From positions 9,238,001 through 9,302,000 of the forward strand of contig NC_043017.1 in NCBI RefSeq assembly GCF_006345805.1: a stretch of DNA of 64,000 bases. The letters run 5' to 3'. Each line of letters starts with the position of its first letter. Position 1 is the first letter of the stretch. Shown in pieces: positions 1 through 11,150 of the stretch. The notes beneath the pieces were generated by a model. The model did not search any database. It saw only the letters and a list, made by a program, of their open reading frames with translations, and was not told the DNA's origin. Origin of the DNA: Octopus sinensis (taxonomy: Eukaryota). The position numbers and the translations under genes are program-made.

Positions 1-334
1 GCGAATGATAACACACCCCGTAATGTATGCATATTATACATACATGCATGCATATATACATATATATATATACACACAACACTTGCATATGTGTGTGTGA
101 GTTTCTGTGTGACGTTGCGTAACCTTAGCTCTGCTCCTACAAAACTATGACGGCGAGGTCTTGATCTGATCGTGCGTGTTCCGTTGACCTACAGCTCTGA
201 ACTGTAAATGCGATACCTTACGTTTCCGCTCATCTTTGCAGACATTGATTTTGCCGTGTGACATTGTCACACTCGTGTGGTGTAACATTGTAGCGATGTT
301 TCTGTGGAGTGAGATAATGTGGATATGCTCTGAG

Positions 335-837
335 GTAATTGTAGTGTGGGCAATGTGTGCCATATGGACATATGTTAAGAGGTAATACAAGTACAAACAA
401 GTTGTGTGATGTGACAGTGTAGACAGGCTGTGTATTAGTTAGTTAGTTAGTTAGTTAATTTGGCTCAAAAGCAAATAGCAAGGCCATGTAGGGGGACATG
501 GAGTTAAGTACAGGGTGGTGTTCATGTAAAGAGTTCAGGCCACTTGAGGTCAAGGGAGGCTTTGAACAAAGCGGTCGTCGGCATCTTCACCATCTCGTCT
601 GGCAGCTTGTTCCACGGATCCGCAACCCGGACGGAGAAAGCTCCTCTCCTTCGATTGAGATGAAATCGTCGCAGGTAGAGCTTTTCGGAATGAACCCGCA
701 GCCGACGCTCTGGAGCAGGAGTGAAGAATTGTAGTAATTGTAGTGTGGGCAATGTGTGCCATATGGACATATGTTAAGAGGTAATACAAGTACAAACAAG
801 TTGTGTGATGTGACAGTGTAGACCGGCTGTGTATTAG
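335..837. repeat. 104-bp direct repeat (335-438 and 734-837) flanking the CR1 fragment
   Basis: GTAATTGTAGTGTGGGC...GGCTGTGTATTAG occurs twice with 1 mismatch. Confidence 0.95.
439..733 (-). mobile_element. 5'-truncated CR1-clade LINE: ORF2 C-terminus, 3' UTR and (TAAC)n tail
   Basis: Minus frame RLRVHSEKLYLRRFHLNRRRGAFSVRVADPWNKLPDEMVKMPTTALFKASLD...* (stop 522-524) fits the CR1 ORF2 C-terminal pattern RGH..KL...F(S)xRV...WNxLP...FK..LD. Tail is (TAAC)n. Confidence 0.85.
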
Positions 838-929
838 AGATGCATTGGTATGCATTAGTATTGGTGGAAGGTAAGCACATGCTGTAGTTAGAGTGGCTAT
901 GTGGGTACACACAAAAGCATATTTTTCGA

Positions 930-1472
930 TGGGCTTCCACACAGTTTCCACCTACCACATTCACTCATAAGGCGTTAGTCGGGACCAGGACTATAGTACA
1001 AGACACTTGCCCAAGGTGCCGCGCAATGGTGACTGAACTGGAAACCGCATAGTCACCAAGCGAACTTCTTAACCACACAGTAGCCATGCCTAGCTGCGTG
1101 GTTAAGAAGCTTTGCTTTACAACCACATGGTTTCGGGTTCAGTCCCGCTGCTTGGCACCTTGGGCAGGTGTCTTCTAGTATAGCCTAGAGTCGACCAAAG
1201 CCTTGTGACTGGATATGGTAGACGGAAACTGAAAGAAGCCTGTCGCATATATATATATGTGTAAGTTTGTATTTGTTCCCCATCACTGCAGGACACTGTG
1301 TCAGTTTGGTTACGTCCCCTAAATTAGCGGTTGGGCGAAAAGAGACCGAAAGAGTAAGTACTAGGCTTAAAAATTAACAAGTACTGGAGTCGATTTGTTC
1401 AACTAATTCCTTCGAGGCGATGCCCCTGCATGGCCGTAGTCCAATGACCGCAAGAGGTAAAAGATAAAAGAT
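930..1472. mobile_element. Head-to-head pair of family A SINEs (minus 5' half 930-1091; plus copy 1092-1472)
   Basis: tRNA-like head with B-box-like GGTTCAGTCCC, then CCTTGGGCAAGTGTCTTCT and the family 3' tail. Confidence 0.85.
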
Positions 1473-1967
1473 ATATATCATACAGGCAAACGTTTGGCCA
1501 TTTGGTTAAAAAAAGAAAGGAAAAAAAGGCTCCGCTTCGAAGTCAAGATTTCTCGGGTTCCTGCACACGTTGCCCTGCATGGCATTTTGGACATGGGACT
1601 TCTACTGTAGCTTCTCGTTGACCGTCCAAAACCCTTTTCAGCGAAACTGGCTAAACGGAAACTGTACTGATTCCCGTTATCTTCACTGAACGCTGTAAAT
1701 TGGAAGAATAAAGTTGATTCTGCCTGAAGAATAATATGTCGCTAAGAGTACAAGTGCCTTGTGTACCCGCGAGATACCCAGCCATTCGCACGATAACTAA
1801 TTCAGTGTGTTGGTAGTTCAGTCGCCCCCGACATCTGGAATACTCATCATCGAAACCGACGGAGATCCAATTATTTTTATATTAACATTTATTTATTTTG
1901 TATTTATATCGGTACACGTGTACTGTTTATCTTTGATCGTAACTTTTATGTGCCTCTGTGTGTGTGT

Positions 1968-2011
<44 letters not shown>

Positions 2012-2048
2012 TAGTTCTTGTCTTTCTTCTTCTCACCCCTCCCCCTCT

Positions 2049-2099
<51 letters not shown>

Positions 2100-2677
2100 C
2101 TACCGGAGGAGGGGAGATAGGTAGGCAAGTCACTATGGACCGAAACGCCTTCAGCGGAAGCAATTACTGCTTGTTGCCCTCGGCGTCTGGCTATCTCCTC
2201 TTAATCTGCGGTGGCGGCGGCAACGGGTTTTTTTTTTTTTTTTGTGTATGATGGTATGATGGTGAAGATCGTAACGGTGGTGGTGGTGGTGGTGGTGATG
2301 GTGATACTGGTCCTACTGACTTCGGTGCGGAGTGGGGGGGGGGGGTCGAGGGTGGATAAACCTAAAGGATATTTTCAGACGGTGATAGGGGTGAGCGGTG
2401 GGAGGAAGCACCAGGCAGGCCGCCAGCCAGCCAGCCAGCCAGTTTACCGAGTATCTCGCACCTGCAGTGGTTGGCGCGCGCACTTAGTCAAAGTCTTGTA
2501 CAGTACATTATAAGCCCGGTGTAATCTTTAGTGTGTATGTGGGGGTGGGTGAGGAGGAATGATGGTGGTGGTGGTGGTGGAGCGGGGACAGATGATGACG
2601 ATGATTATGATGTCGACGAAACTGGATTTACACCTGGTTCTCCACTACCAAAAAAAAACAGGCATACGAATTTATGG

Positions 2678-2757
2678 TACAATAATCCCTCGATTATCGC
2701 GGGTGTTACATTCCAGAACCCCCTCGCGATAGGTGAAAATCCGCAAAGTAGAAACAG
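2678..2757 (+). mobile_element. Tigger/pogo-like (Tc1-mariner) terminal fragment
   Basis: TA-CAATAATCCCTCGATTATCGCGGGTGTTACATTCCAGAACCCCCTCGCGATAGGTGAAAATCCGCAAAGTAG resembles Tigger-type ends from memory. It is cut by a SINE and no second end was found. Confidence 0.55.
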
Positions 2758-2763
2758 TTCTGT

Positions 2764-2992
2764 ACTCTTTACTCTCTCTCTCTTTTACTCTTTTACTCGT
2801 TTCAGTCATTTGACTGCGGCCATGCTGGAGTACCGCCTTTAGTCGAGCAACTCGACCCCGGGACTTATTCTTTTGTAAACCCAGTACTTATTCTATCGGT
2901 CTTCTCTTTTGCCGAACCGCTAAGTGATGGGGACGTAAACACACCAGCATCGGTTGTTAAGCAATGCTAGGGGGACAAACACAGACGCACAA

Positions 2993-3062
<70 letters not shown>

Positions 3063-3234
3063 ACATATATACGACAGGCTTCTTTCAGTTTCCGTCTACC
3101 AAATCCACTCACAAGGCATTGGTCGGCCCGAGGCTATAGTAGAAGACACTTGCCCAAGGTGCCACGCAGTGGGACTGAACCTGGAACCATGTGGTTGGTA
3201 AACAAGCTACTTACCACACAGCCACTCCTGCGCC
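2764..3234 (-). mobile_element. Full-length young family A SINE (tRNA-derived, CORE-like, internal (TA)n/(TG)n)
   Basis: Head GGCGCAGGAGTGGCTGTGTGGTAAG, internal microsatellite, tail GGCGGT...CCAGCATGGCCGCAGTCAAATGACTGAAAC. Resembles described octopus tRNA SINEs (OR1/OR2 type); exact family not assignable without alignment. Confidence 0.92.
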
Positions 3235-3649
3235 TATATATTGTATATTTTTTGTTATCATTTTTATAATTCCCCTCCCCAATGTGGTTAGCCATGATAA
3301 GATGGCTTCTATACTTTACATTATCGAGCGATTACTGTTTCAATCTCATTCTGAGATTTAATTATGCTTACTGTCAGTTTTTCGACATCAGTGGCAGACG
3401 CCACTAGAAAAACTTATATATTTGCAAAGCAGCCTTCACTTTCATCGCGACCTGGTGGTTACCGCCCGTTGACAAGGGACAAAAAATTCCGAAACTAGTT
3501 CGAGCGTATCACTCAGGCTTGCGAGGAAGGGATGGCCTCCACTTGCAAATACTCCAACGTAAAAGCACCCATTACACTCTTGGAGTGGTTGGAGTTAGGA
3601 AAAGCATGCAGCCTTCTTTACCCCCGGGAATTACCGGGTACACCAGCTA

Positions 3650-3708
<59 letters not shown>

Positions 3709-3709
3709 A

Positions 3710-4046
3710 TTTATTTTATTTTATCTAGTTTCAGCTCACGAGCTGTGGCCATGCTGGGGCACCGCCATTTGGTGTTGCTACATGATTTTACTTCACGAAT
3801 GCTTTTTAGCAATTGCCATTTGGTGCATGAGAGAGTTCGACGCAGCTGCCCTCATCTGCACCTCCTGCCGTGAAGTTGGTTCATCTGGGACACCTGACAG
3901 GAAGAGATCCAGTTTTATTTTAAAGACATCTGCATCCACCCCATGCAGGTCTCTCAGGTTCTTCGGGAGGATATTGAAGAGCTGTGGGCCTCTGAAGCCC
4001 AGGCTATCACAGTATCTTGTCCTACGTGGCTAGAACTCATATCTGG
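3710..4046 (-). mobile_element. 3' end of a CR1/L2-group LINE, not in the ORF track; probable partner of SINE A
   Basis: Frame 4029-3793 reads PRRTRYCDSLGFRGPQLFNILPKNLRDLHGVDADVFKIKLDLFLSGVPDEPTSRQEVQMRAAASNSLMHQMAIAKKHS*. It is followed by the tail GGCGGTGCCCCAGCATGGCCACAGCTCGTGAGCTGAAAC-(TAAAA)n. Confidence 0.85.
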
Positions 4047-4231
4047 AAACATCGTGACATACTTAGATTGTTAAAAAAAAATCGATAATAGGGCCCTTCC
4101 AATGGATCATTCTGTTTACTACATATTACTAATATTTTATTTAAACAGCCCAAGGGAAGTAACCCATACCACCTGCATACACAAATGCACAAAGCGATGA
4201 AACAAATGGGTGTTTTCGGTATATTAATGTT

Positions 4232-4411
4232 ATGGATGAACTCCTAACGACAATACCGGACCAGCCAACCTTTGAAGAATACACTCAGGGAAGATCAGCT
4301 GCTACAAACTCAGTCATAGACTGTCTCCCTGCAATAAAGCGACATATGAAACTGATAGGAAATGTTATGGCGGTGCGGCAGAGCGGCCGCAGTCCATTGA
4401 ACGAATTGAAG
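4232..4411 (+). mobile_element. Degenerate 3' end of a second CR1/L2-group LINE
   Basis: DELLTTIPDQPTFEEYTQGRSAATNSVID is homologous to DLFLSGVPDEPT...RAAASNSLM above. A related tail GGCGGTG...GGCCGCAGTC lies at 4369-4411. Confidence 0.7.
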
Positions 4412-4464
4412 TATGTTCAGTATGTTACGCATGCATATAGGTTGTAGAAGTGGTGAGGTTTACA

Positions 4465-4862
4465 GGCGCAGGCGTGGCTGTGTGGTAAGAAGCTTGCTTC
4501 CCAACCACATGGTTCCGGGTTCAATCTCACTGCGTGGCACCTTTGGCAAGTGTTTTCTACTATAGCCTCGGGCCGACCAAAGCCTTGTGAGTGGATTTGT
4601 TAGACGGAAACTGATAGAAGCCCGTCCTATACGTGTGTGTATGCGTGCGCGCGCGCGTGTGTGTTTGTCCTCCCACGATCGCTTGACAACCGATGCTGGT
4701 GCGTTTACGTCTCCGCAACTTAGCGGTTCGGCAAAAGAGACCGATAGAATAAGTACTATGCGTACAAAGAATAAGTTCTGGAGTCGGTTTGTTCGACTAC
4801 AAGGCGGCGCTCCAGCATGGCCGCAGTCATATGCCTGAAACAAGGAAAAGAGTTGAAAGAGA
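4465..4862 (+). mobile_element. Family A SINE, full length
   Basis: Head, body and tail match the other A copies. Confidence 0.9.
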
Positions 4863-5999
4863 ATATAAGTACGTTAAACACAACCATCGTTCTAAAGATG
4901 AGAGATGTTGCAACCCTTTATCTATCTCCCCTCTTCTTCATTTATTGTTTTGTCTTCCATTTCCCTCTTCACATCCGCCATCGCTGTTAAAAGTTCTCTT
5001 TGCCCCAAACGACTGGGATACCAGGCCTTCTTACCTCTGTCTATTTCTCTCTCCCTTCTCTGTCTAGTGCCTAGAGTTTGTTGGCTGCAACGAGAGAAGC
5101 CTGTACTTGTAAACCTCTCCACCTCTACACCCTAAATATCCTCTCGCTTATCCATCATTCCTTACCACCGCCGCCGCCATTACACTGAGTGATTGAGCGA
5201 ACACTGCGTTGGCTCTTTTTTTTTCTTCTGTAATGTCGGAAATGGTGGGATGTATAAATGTGGGTATGTGTGCCTCGGTATATTTGAACGTGTAAATTTT
5301 GTGTATATGGTTATTCATACAAGTGTGTATATGCGTATATTTGTGTTTATTTATTTATTTGTGTGTGTGTGTGTGTGTATCTGCGCGCGATCTGTCTGCA
5401 CAGAAGTTTCTGTTTTGTTGTGTGTGTCTGTATGTGTTTTATGTTTATTACACACTTGTGATGTATGCGTTTGTGTGAGAGACATCTGTAAAAGTTTCTG
5501 TTTGCAGTGTATGGTATACACAAGTTCTCTATGTGTAGTTTGTATATATATATATATATACATTATATATGTGTGTGTGTGTGTGTTTTGTTTATACACA
5601 AGCTTATCTATGCAAAAGCGTGTGAGACATGTTAAACACAGGTTTCTCTGTGGGTATGTGTGCAACAAACATATCTACATACTACCTCTCTCCCCCTCCG
5701 TCTTGTCTGTCTCTCTCCGTCTCTCCTGCACCCTCCCGTCTCTCTCCATCTCTCCGTCCCGCTGTCTGGCTATCTCTCTCTCTTTCGCTTACTCCCCCTC
5801 CCTCCGTCTGTCCCTATTTCTTTCCCTTTACCTACTCTCTCTCTCTCTGTGCCTCTCTCCATAAGCATATGGCTTATTGGTTTGGATGCTGAGCCTACAA
5901 ATCGTAAGTTCTTGGGCCAAGTGACATGTCCTCGAACATACATGCAATTCACTTCCACATTGCACCAAGTCCCACTCATCTGCAATATGAACACCAACT

Positions 6000-6195
6000 G
6001 ATGATGGGGGAGGGACAAACAGACACAAAAACACACAGATGCACACACACACACACACACACGACAGGCTTCTTTCAGTTTCTGTCTACCAAATCCACTC
6101 ACAAAGCTTTGGTCGACTCGAGGCTAAAGTCGAAAACACTTTGGGAAGCCACACTTTGGGATTGACCCCGGAACCATGTGGTTGGGGAGCATACC
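6000..6195 (-). mobile_element. Family A SINE, 5' half
   Basis: Reverse complement of the head and of GACGGAAACTGAAAGAAGCC. Confidence 0.8.
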
Positions 6196-6273
6196 TCGGC
6201 AATTAATCTGATTTTTTTTTTATGTACCTGTTACACCTTTAGTTGCTGAAGATAAGGTCAGATAATTGCTGTG

Positions 6274-6450
6274 CTGAAGACGGTTATTAAGCCAGAAAGA
6301 CGAGCGTGACGGTCTTCTTATCGCCAGACAATAAGCCTGCTCTTTTCGTTAATGGCGTGTCGATTTTGGAGAAATTCTTGATTCTGAAGATTATCTCTCC
6401 TCGTGTGGAGCTTGTCTTAGTTGTCAGTTTGTAATTATGGAACACACTGT
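6274..6450. mobile_element. Penelope-like remnant, homologous to 14060-14235
   Basis: CTGAAGA-CGG-8nt-CCA-GAAAG motif, plus ~170 bp that align to the 14-kb copy. Family assignment is inference. Confidence 0.4.
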
Positions 6451-6790
6451 AGCGGCAGAGATAATTTAATAAATCAAAAAAATTGTTGCAATTTGATATA
6501 CCTACGTTGTTTAAACACATGCCACTCACCACGGAATTATTTCTCATAACTCATTTTTACTTGCTTACATATATATATACATACGTACAGACAGACAGAC
6601 AGACAGACAGATAGATAGGTGGGAGAAAGAGAGAGAGAGAGAGAGAGAGGAGAGAAGATGAACAAGTACTTATATATGGCATTATATCATATAAAAGATG
6701 GTACACCCGTCTGAAGAGAAAATTCGGCATTTCAGCGCTTCCAACTTGAACATATATTAACGTATCATGTCTATGTGTGATAATAATTTC

Positions 6791-7205
6791 GGATCTTTTT
6801 GGTTTGAACGGCAGTTTTTCTAACGGTGTCATATGAAATTGTCACCCATAATTATGACCCTAGTATCGATCTATTGCATTTCAATCTGTTTTAGGATTAG
6901 GGTTAGGGGAAAGGTATCTTTTTTTCTTCACAAATGTAAATAAACCCAATCTGTTTCTTAAACGAGGGACATATTCATACGGCACAGAATATTTTTTTTT
7001 ACCTCAATAGACGTCATTGATTGATTGAAATTGCAGAAATTGAAGAAAAAAAAAACAACAAATATCTTACAAACTATAGAATTTTCTCAATAAAGCCAAG
7101 AGAAAAAGATGTTTTATAAACACATTCTACCAGTATACGAAGTTTAAAAGTGTTTAGTTACGTGGAAATTATTTTTAAAAACTGCCGTTCAAACCGAAAA
7201 GATCC
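6791..7205. mobile_element. Non-autonomous DNA transposon, 29-bp TIRs, 8-bp TSD (Merlin-like candidate)
   Basis: TIR GGATCTTTT(T/C)GGTTTGAACGGCAGTTTTT at 6791-6819 and 7177-7205 (1 mismatch). Perfect TSD ATAATTTC at 6783-6790 and 7206-7213. Confidence 0.9.
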
Positions 7206-7779
7206 ATAATTTCTACTTGTTTGATGTGTATTAACATGCACACACACCCGTTGCACATAACTTGATCGGTTCAGAGCAGTCAGTTTGCTAATCGTTAGGA
7301 TGTATAATCGTTTTGACGTTCATAATGATTTTCACGAACGAAACTTCGTGTCATTAAACTTATGAAACAGGGGACTCAGTCTGTAAGCTGGTCGGAGTTC
7401 TTCACTGAGTGTGGCTCATTCTGATGGAAGAAAACGATAAACGTAAAACTCGGTTGAGGATTCTTGGTATAAAAGCATAAGGCCACTGGTCAGCTTTTGA
7501 TAAATGGATAGCACACATGCCAGAAATTGAGGTCAGTGAGCTGCTAATGGATGATATAAGATATTAATGAAATATCGAAAACACAGATGGTAACTTATGC
7601 TTTATAAAACGTACACGCGTTTCGACAAATTACTGCCAGTATTGCATAATTGCTTGTCGAATCATTGAACAATCTTGTTAATACACCTCTTCACTCTTTA
7701 TAAAAATACGTGTGTGTGTGTGCGTGTGTAAACAAATTGTTGATTATAACTTTCTTAAGCTTCGCTTGACGGTCTTGTC

Positions 7780-8359
7780 CAGTGATTCTCAACCGGGGTC
7801 CACATGACCCTTGGTGGTCCATGTATGATTTAGTTGTTCAAAATTTAATGCAATGAATCAGCTATGCTTCTACGATATATAAAACATTTTCACAATTTTT
7901 TTTCTATAATTCCTAATAATATTTATTGTGTCTGGGGAGAGTCGTAGTGCCTTAATATAACACATCGGTTCGATTTCCATTTATTTATTTATTCATTCCA
8001 GGAAGCTTTTTTCGTGGCTGCATTTGCGACCGTATCAATGGATTTTGACTCAGAGTCAGTCAGAATAAGGTCGCAAATGCAGCCACGAAAAAAGCTTTCT
8101 GGAATAAATAAATGAGTGGAAATTAAACCGGTGAGTGTGTTGGATATTAAGGCAGTATGACTCTCCCCAGACACAACAAAATTTGTTTCAGCACACGAAT
8201 TCACATATGGAATCTTGCAAGCCTGATACAAAAACGAAATAATATTTAATTAAAAAAATATAATGGGATTTAAAAAAAAATTCAAATGTCTATGGGCCTC
8301 CAGTAGAGTAGAATTTGAATGAAAGGGTTCCACAGACAGAAAATGATTGAGAACCTCTT
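7780..8359. mobile_element. Old hAT (Charlie-type) non-autonomous element
   Basis: Left TIR CAGTGATTCTCAACC, degenerate right TIR GATTGAGAACCTCTT. Flanks GTCTTGTC and CTCTAGTC match at 6 of 8. Confidence 0.65.
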
Positions 8360-9229
8360 CTCTAGTCCTTCGGTTAAGCAATATTTGACCAAACCGAAAG
8401 GCGAATCTTAAGGGTCCCAGTTAACACTTTTGGCTCTATTGTAAATGAAAACATTAACATCTCACTCATTCTCTGTTTCTCCTTCATTTCTTTTCTTGTT
8501 TCTCTGTCTGTCTGTCTTGTATCTTCTTCCTCCCTCCCCGTTCGTCCGTCAGTCTTTCTTTCTCTCTGCCTTTCTCTTTTTTCTGTCTTTGACCCTTTCC
8601 CCATCGATCTGTCTCTCTATTTATCCGTCTGTCTGTGTACCTATTTGCCTATCTGCCTACCTTTTCGTCTCAGTCTATCTATCTCTGTCTCCGTCTCTCA
8701 GTCTATCTGTATGTCTGTTAATCTCTCTCTCTATCTATCTGTCTCTGTTTGTCCATCTACCTCGATTCTTTTTTTTTTTCCTTATTTTCTTCCCTTCTCC
8801 AATATTTCTTTCGTCTTACCTTCACATTTGTTTTGTTTGTGTTATCTTCTTCCTTTCGTTTCTTCATTTCTCTTTTATTTTCATTCTGTATTTTTTTTTT
8901 CTTTATTTTCCCCTCTGATTTTCTATCTTAATTTCTATCAATCCTATTTCCCTTTCCTCTCTTCTTACATTCTTTTCATTCCCCCCCACCTCATAACTCT
9001 TTCCCTCGTCATTCTCGACCACCCACCCTCCCATCCTTCCTTCACACCCCAACATGAGATATGTTATATTACCGTTGCTATGTCGTCATTACCGCCTCAT
9101 GTCGTCTGTTGCTTACATTTCACAATGACAGCGCAGACGACCGCCACGATGACGACAATGATGACGATGTTAATGTTTTGGCTGGCTTGCTCGAGTGGCA
9201 CGCCATTCTTCTCTCTTCTGCTTTCTCCC

Positions 9230-9510
9230 ATCTGTCTTTTGCCTTCACTCATCTCTGACGTCTGCCTTTACTCATCTAACGTCTGCCTTTGCTCATCTGT
9301 CTTCTGCTTTTGCTCATCTATCTTCTGCCTTCACCCACCTGTCCTCTGCCTTCACTCCTCTGTCTTCTGCCTTCACTTATCCGTCTTCTGCCTTCACTCA
9401 TCTGTCTTCTGCCTTCACTCATCTGTCTTCTGCCTTATACCATCTGACAGCTACTTTCACCCATCTGTCTTTTGTCTTCGTTCGTCTGTTTTCTGCCTTC
9501 CTTCATCTAC
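9230..9510. repeat. 21-bp minisatellite (TCTTCTGCCTTCACTCATCTG), about 13 degenerate units
   Basis: Directly visible; it produces the SSAFTHL and CLHSSVF repeat ORFs. Confidence 0.9.
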
Positions 9511-9663
9511 CTTGATCCATTTTTTATCAGTGTTCTTCCCTTTTCTTTGTTTTAGTCAGTCTTCCATCTCCACTTTTTTTTTTTACTAACTTTCATCAAT
9601 CTTCTGTCGTCTATCAATCTATAATCATCTATCGTCAGTCTTCTGCTGTCCTTCTTTCCGAAT

Positions 9664-9695
<32 letters not shown>

Positions 9696-9730
9696 TTATC
9701 ACTTTTTATATCCATTTCTTCAGCCCTATA

Positions 9731-10299
9731 GACGCAGTATAGCTGTGTGGTTAAGAAACTCGCTTTGCAACCACATGGTTTTGGGTTCAGTGCCACTGCC
9801 CGGCACCTTGGGCAAGTGTATTCTACTATAAATCTCACGCCGACCAATACCTTTGTGTGAATTTGGCGGAAACTGTGGGAGCCCATACGTATGTATATAT
9901 ATACGTGTGTGTGTGTGTGTGTGTTTATCCTCTCCCTGCCACTGCTTGGTAACCGGTATTGGTTTGTTTACGTCCCCTTAATATAGCAGTTTGGCGAGAA
10001 AGACCAAAAGAATTAATACCACCCTTTTTTCCCCCTTTTTCTTTCTTTTGCAAATAAAAAAATGTTGCTGGAGTGGATTTGTTCGACTAGACCAGTCATG
10101 GGCAACTTCCGAGCCGCGGCATTTTCTGAATAGCGTGCCTAAACGAAAAATCATTTTTCTTTTAGTAGCAGAGCCCGCTTCATGATGGACCATGCCTCAT
10201 GCGTCCTACTTCTCGAAAAAGGCTGTCCATGCTTGAACTAAACCGTTTCATACAGTGTCGCTGCACAAGTCTCAGTCCAATGATTGAAACTAGCAAAAA
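9731..10299 (+). mobile_element. Old family A SINE interrupted by a hAT MITE
   Basis: SINE body runs to 10092 and the tail resumes at 10244. Confidence 0.8.
10093..10235. mobile_element. hAT-type MITE, 143 bp
   Basis: Ends CAGTCATGGGCAAC and GGCTGTCCATGCTTG. 8-bp flanks GACTAGAC and AACTAAAC. Confidence 0.7.
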
Positions 10300-11150
10300 T
10301 GGTGAACAGAAAGATAAATAAAAAACGCTATTCTTTCTTCTGTTTCGTTTACCTTTTGTTTCCTCGCCTCATATCCTTCCCTTTCTTCTTTATTCTCTTT
10401 CTCCGCCCTTCCTTTTCTTTCCTTTCTTCCTTCATTGTTCAGTGTCTTATCCACAACCTCTCCCTCTCGGTCTATCTATATTGTCTAGCATTAATATCTG
10501 AGGTGAGCTGGATCGGTCATACTTCAACGCGTCACAATATAGACACAGACCGTTTAATAAACTTAACTACGTCTGTTAATAATCCAACAGCACACAGCTG
10601 TGTTGTGTGTGTGGGGCGAAGGGGAATCGTCTCTTCCCATATTAGAGCAGGCGTTGTGGCGGGGGTCTGTGGGATTCCCTCTCTGTCTCTGTGCGTGCGT
10701 GCATGTGTGTGTTTGAATAGGAGGCCTGTATACATTGTCTCGGCCTCACATATACACACACACCCGCATGCAAGTACACGCACATAGACAAACTCATTAT
10801 CGCATTCACTCGTATTCACGCACTCTCAGACTTACACTCATACATAGACGCACGCAAGCACACACACACACACATACACACATCTATTCTCACATTCACT
10901 TTCACTCAAAACGCATTCATGCACGTACTCACGCACTCGCCCTACACTCGCTCACTCTCATACATAACGCACGTACACACGTGCAACATACACGCGCGCA
11001 CGCACACACTCACACGGAGTTACGTTTGGTCTTAAGAGAATATCCATTTTGATGTTCGAATCACTGCGTTTGCATGTATCGCAAGGTCACAGGTTCGATT
11101 CCACTGGGCGGTATCTTGGACAAATGTCTTTTATTATATGCCCCACTGAA

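Noticed and set aside
232-950. About 100 open codons on the minus strand once the LINE is removed, including CPYGTHC (zinc-finger-like)
   Set aside because: The strand is A/C-rich and stop-poor, the ligand spacing is incomplete, and no convincing splice frame was found.
5166-5227. 62-nt minus-strand AG...GTAAGG candidate exon
   Set aside because: Too short to distinguish from chance; two frames are open and no homology was recognised.
6891-6908. Telomere remnant
   Set aside because: Only three units, and they lie inside a MITE.
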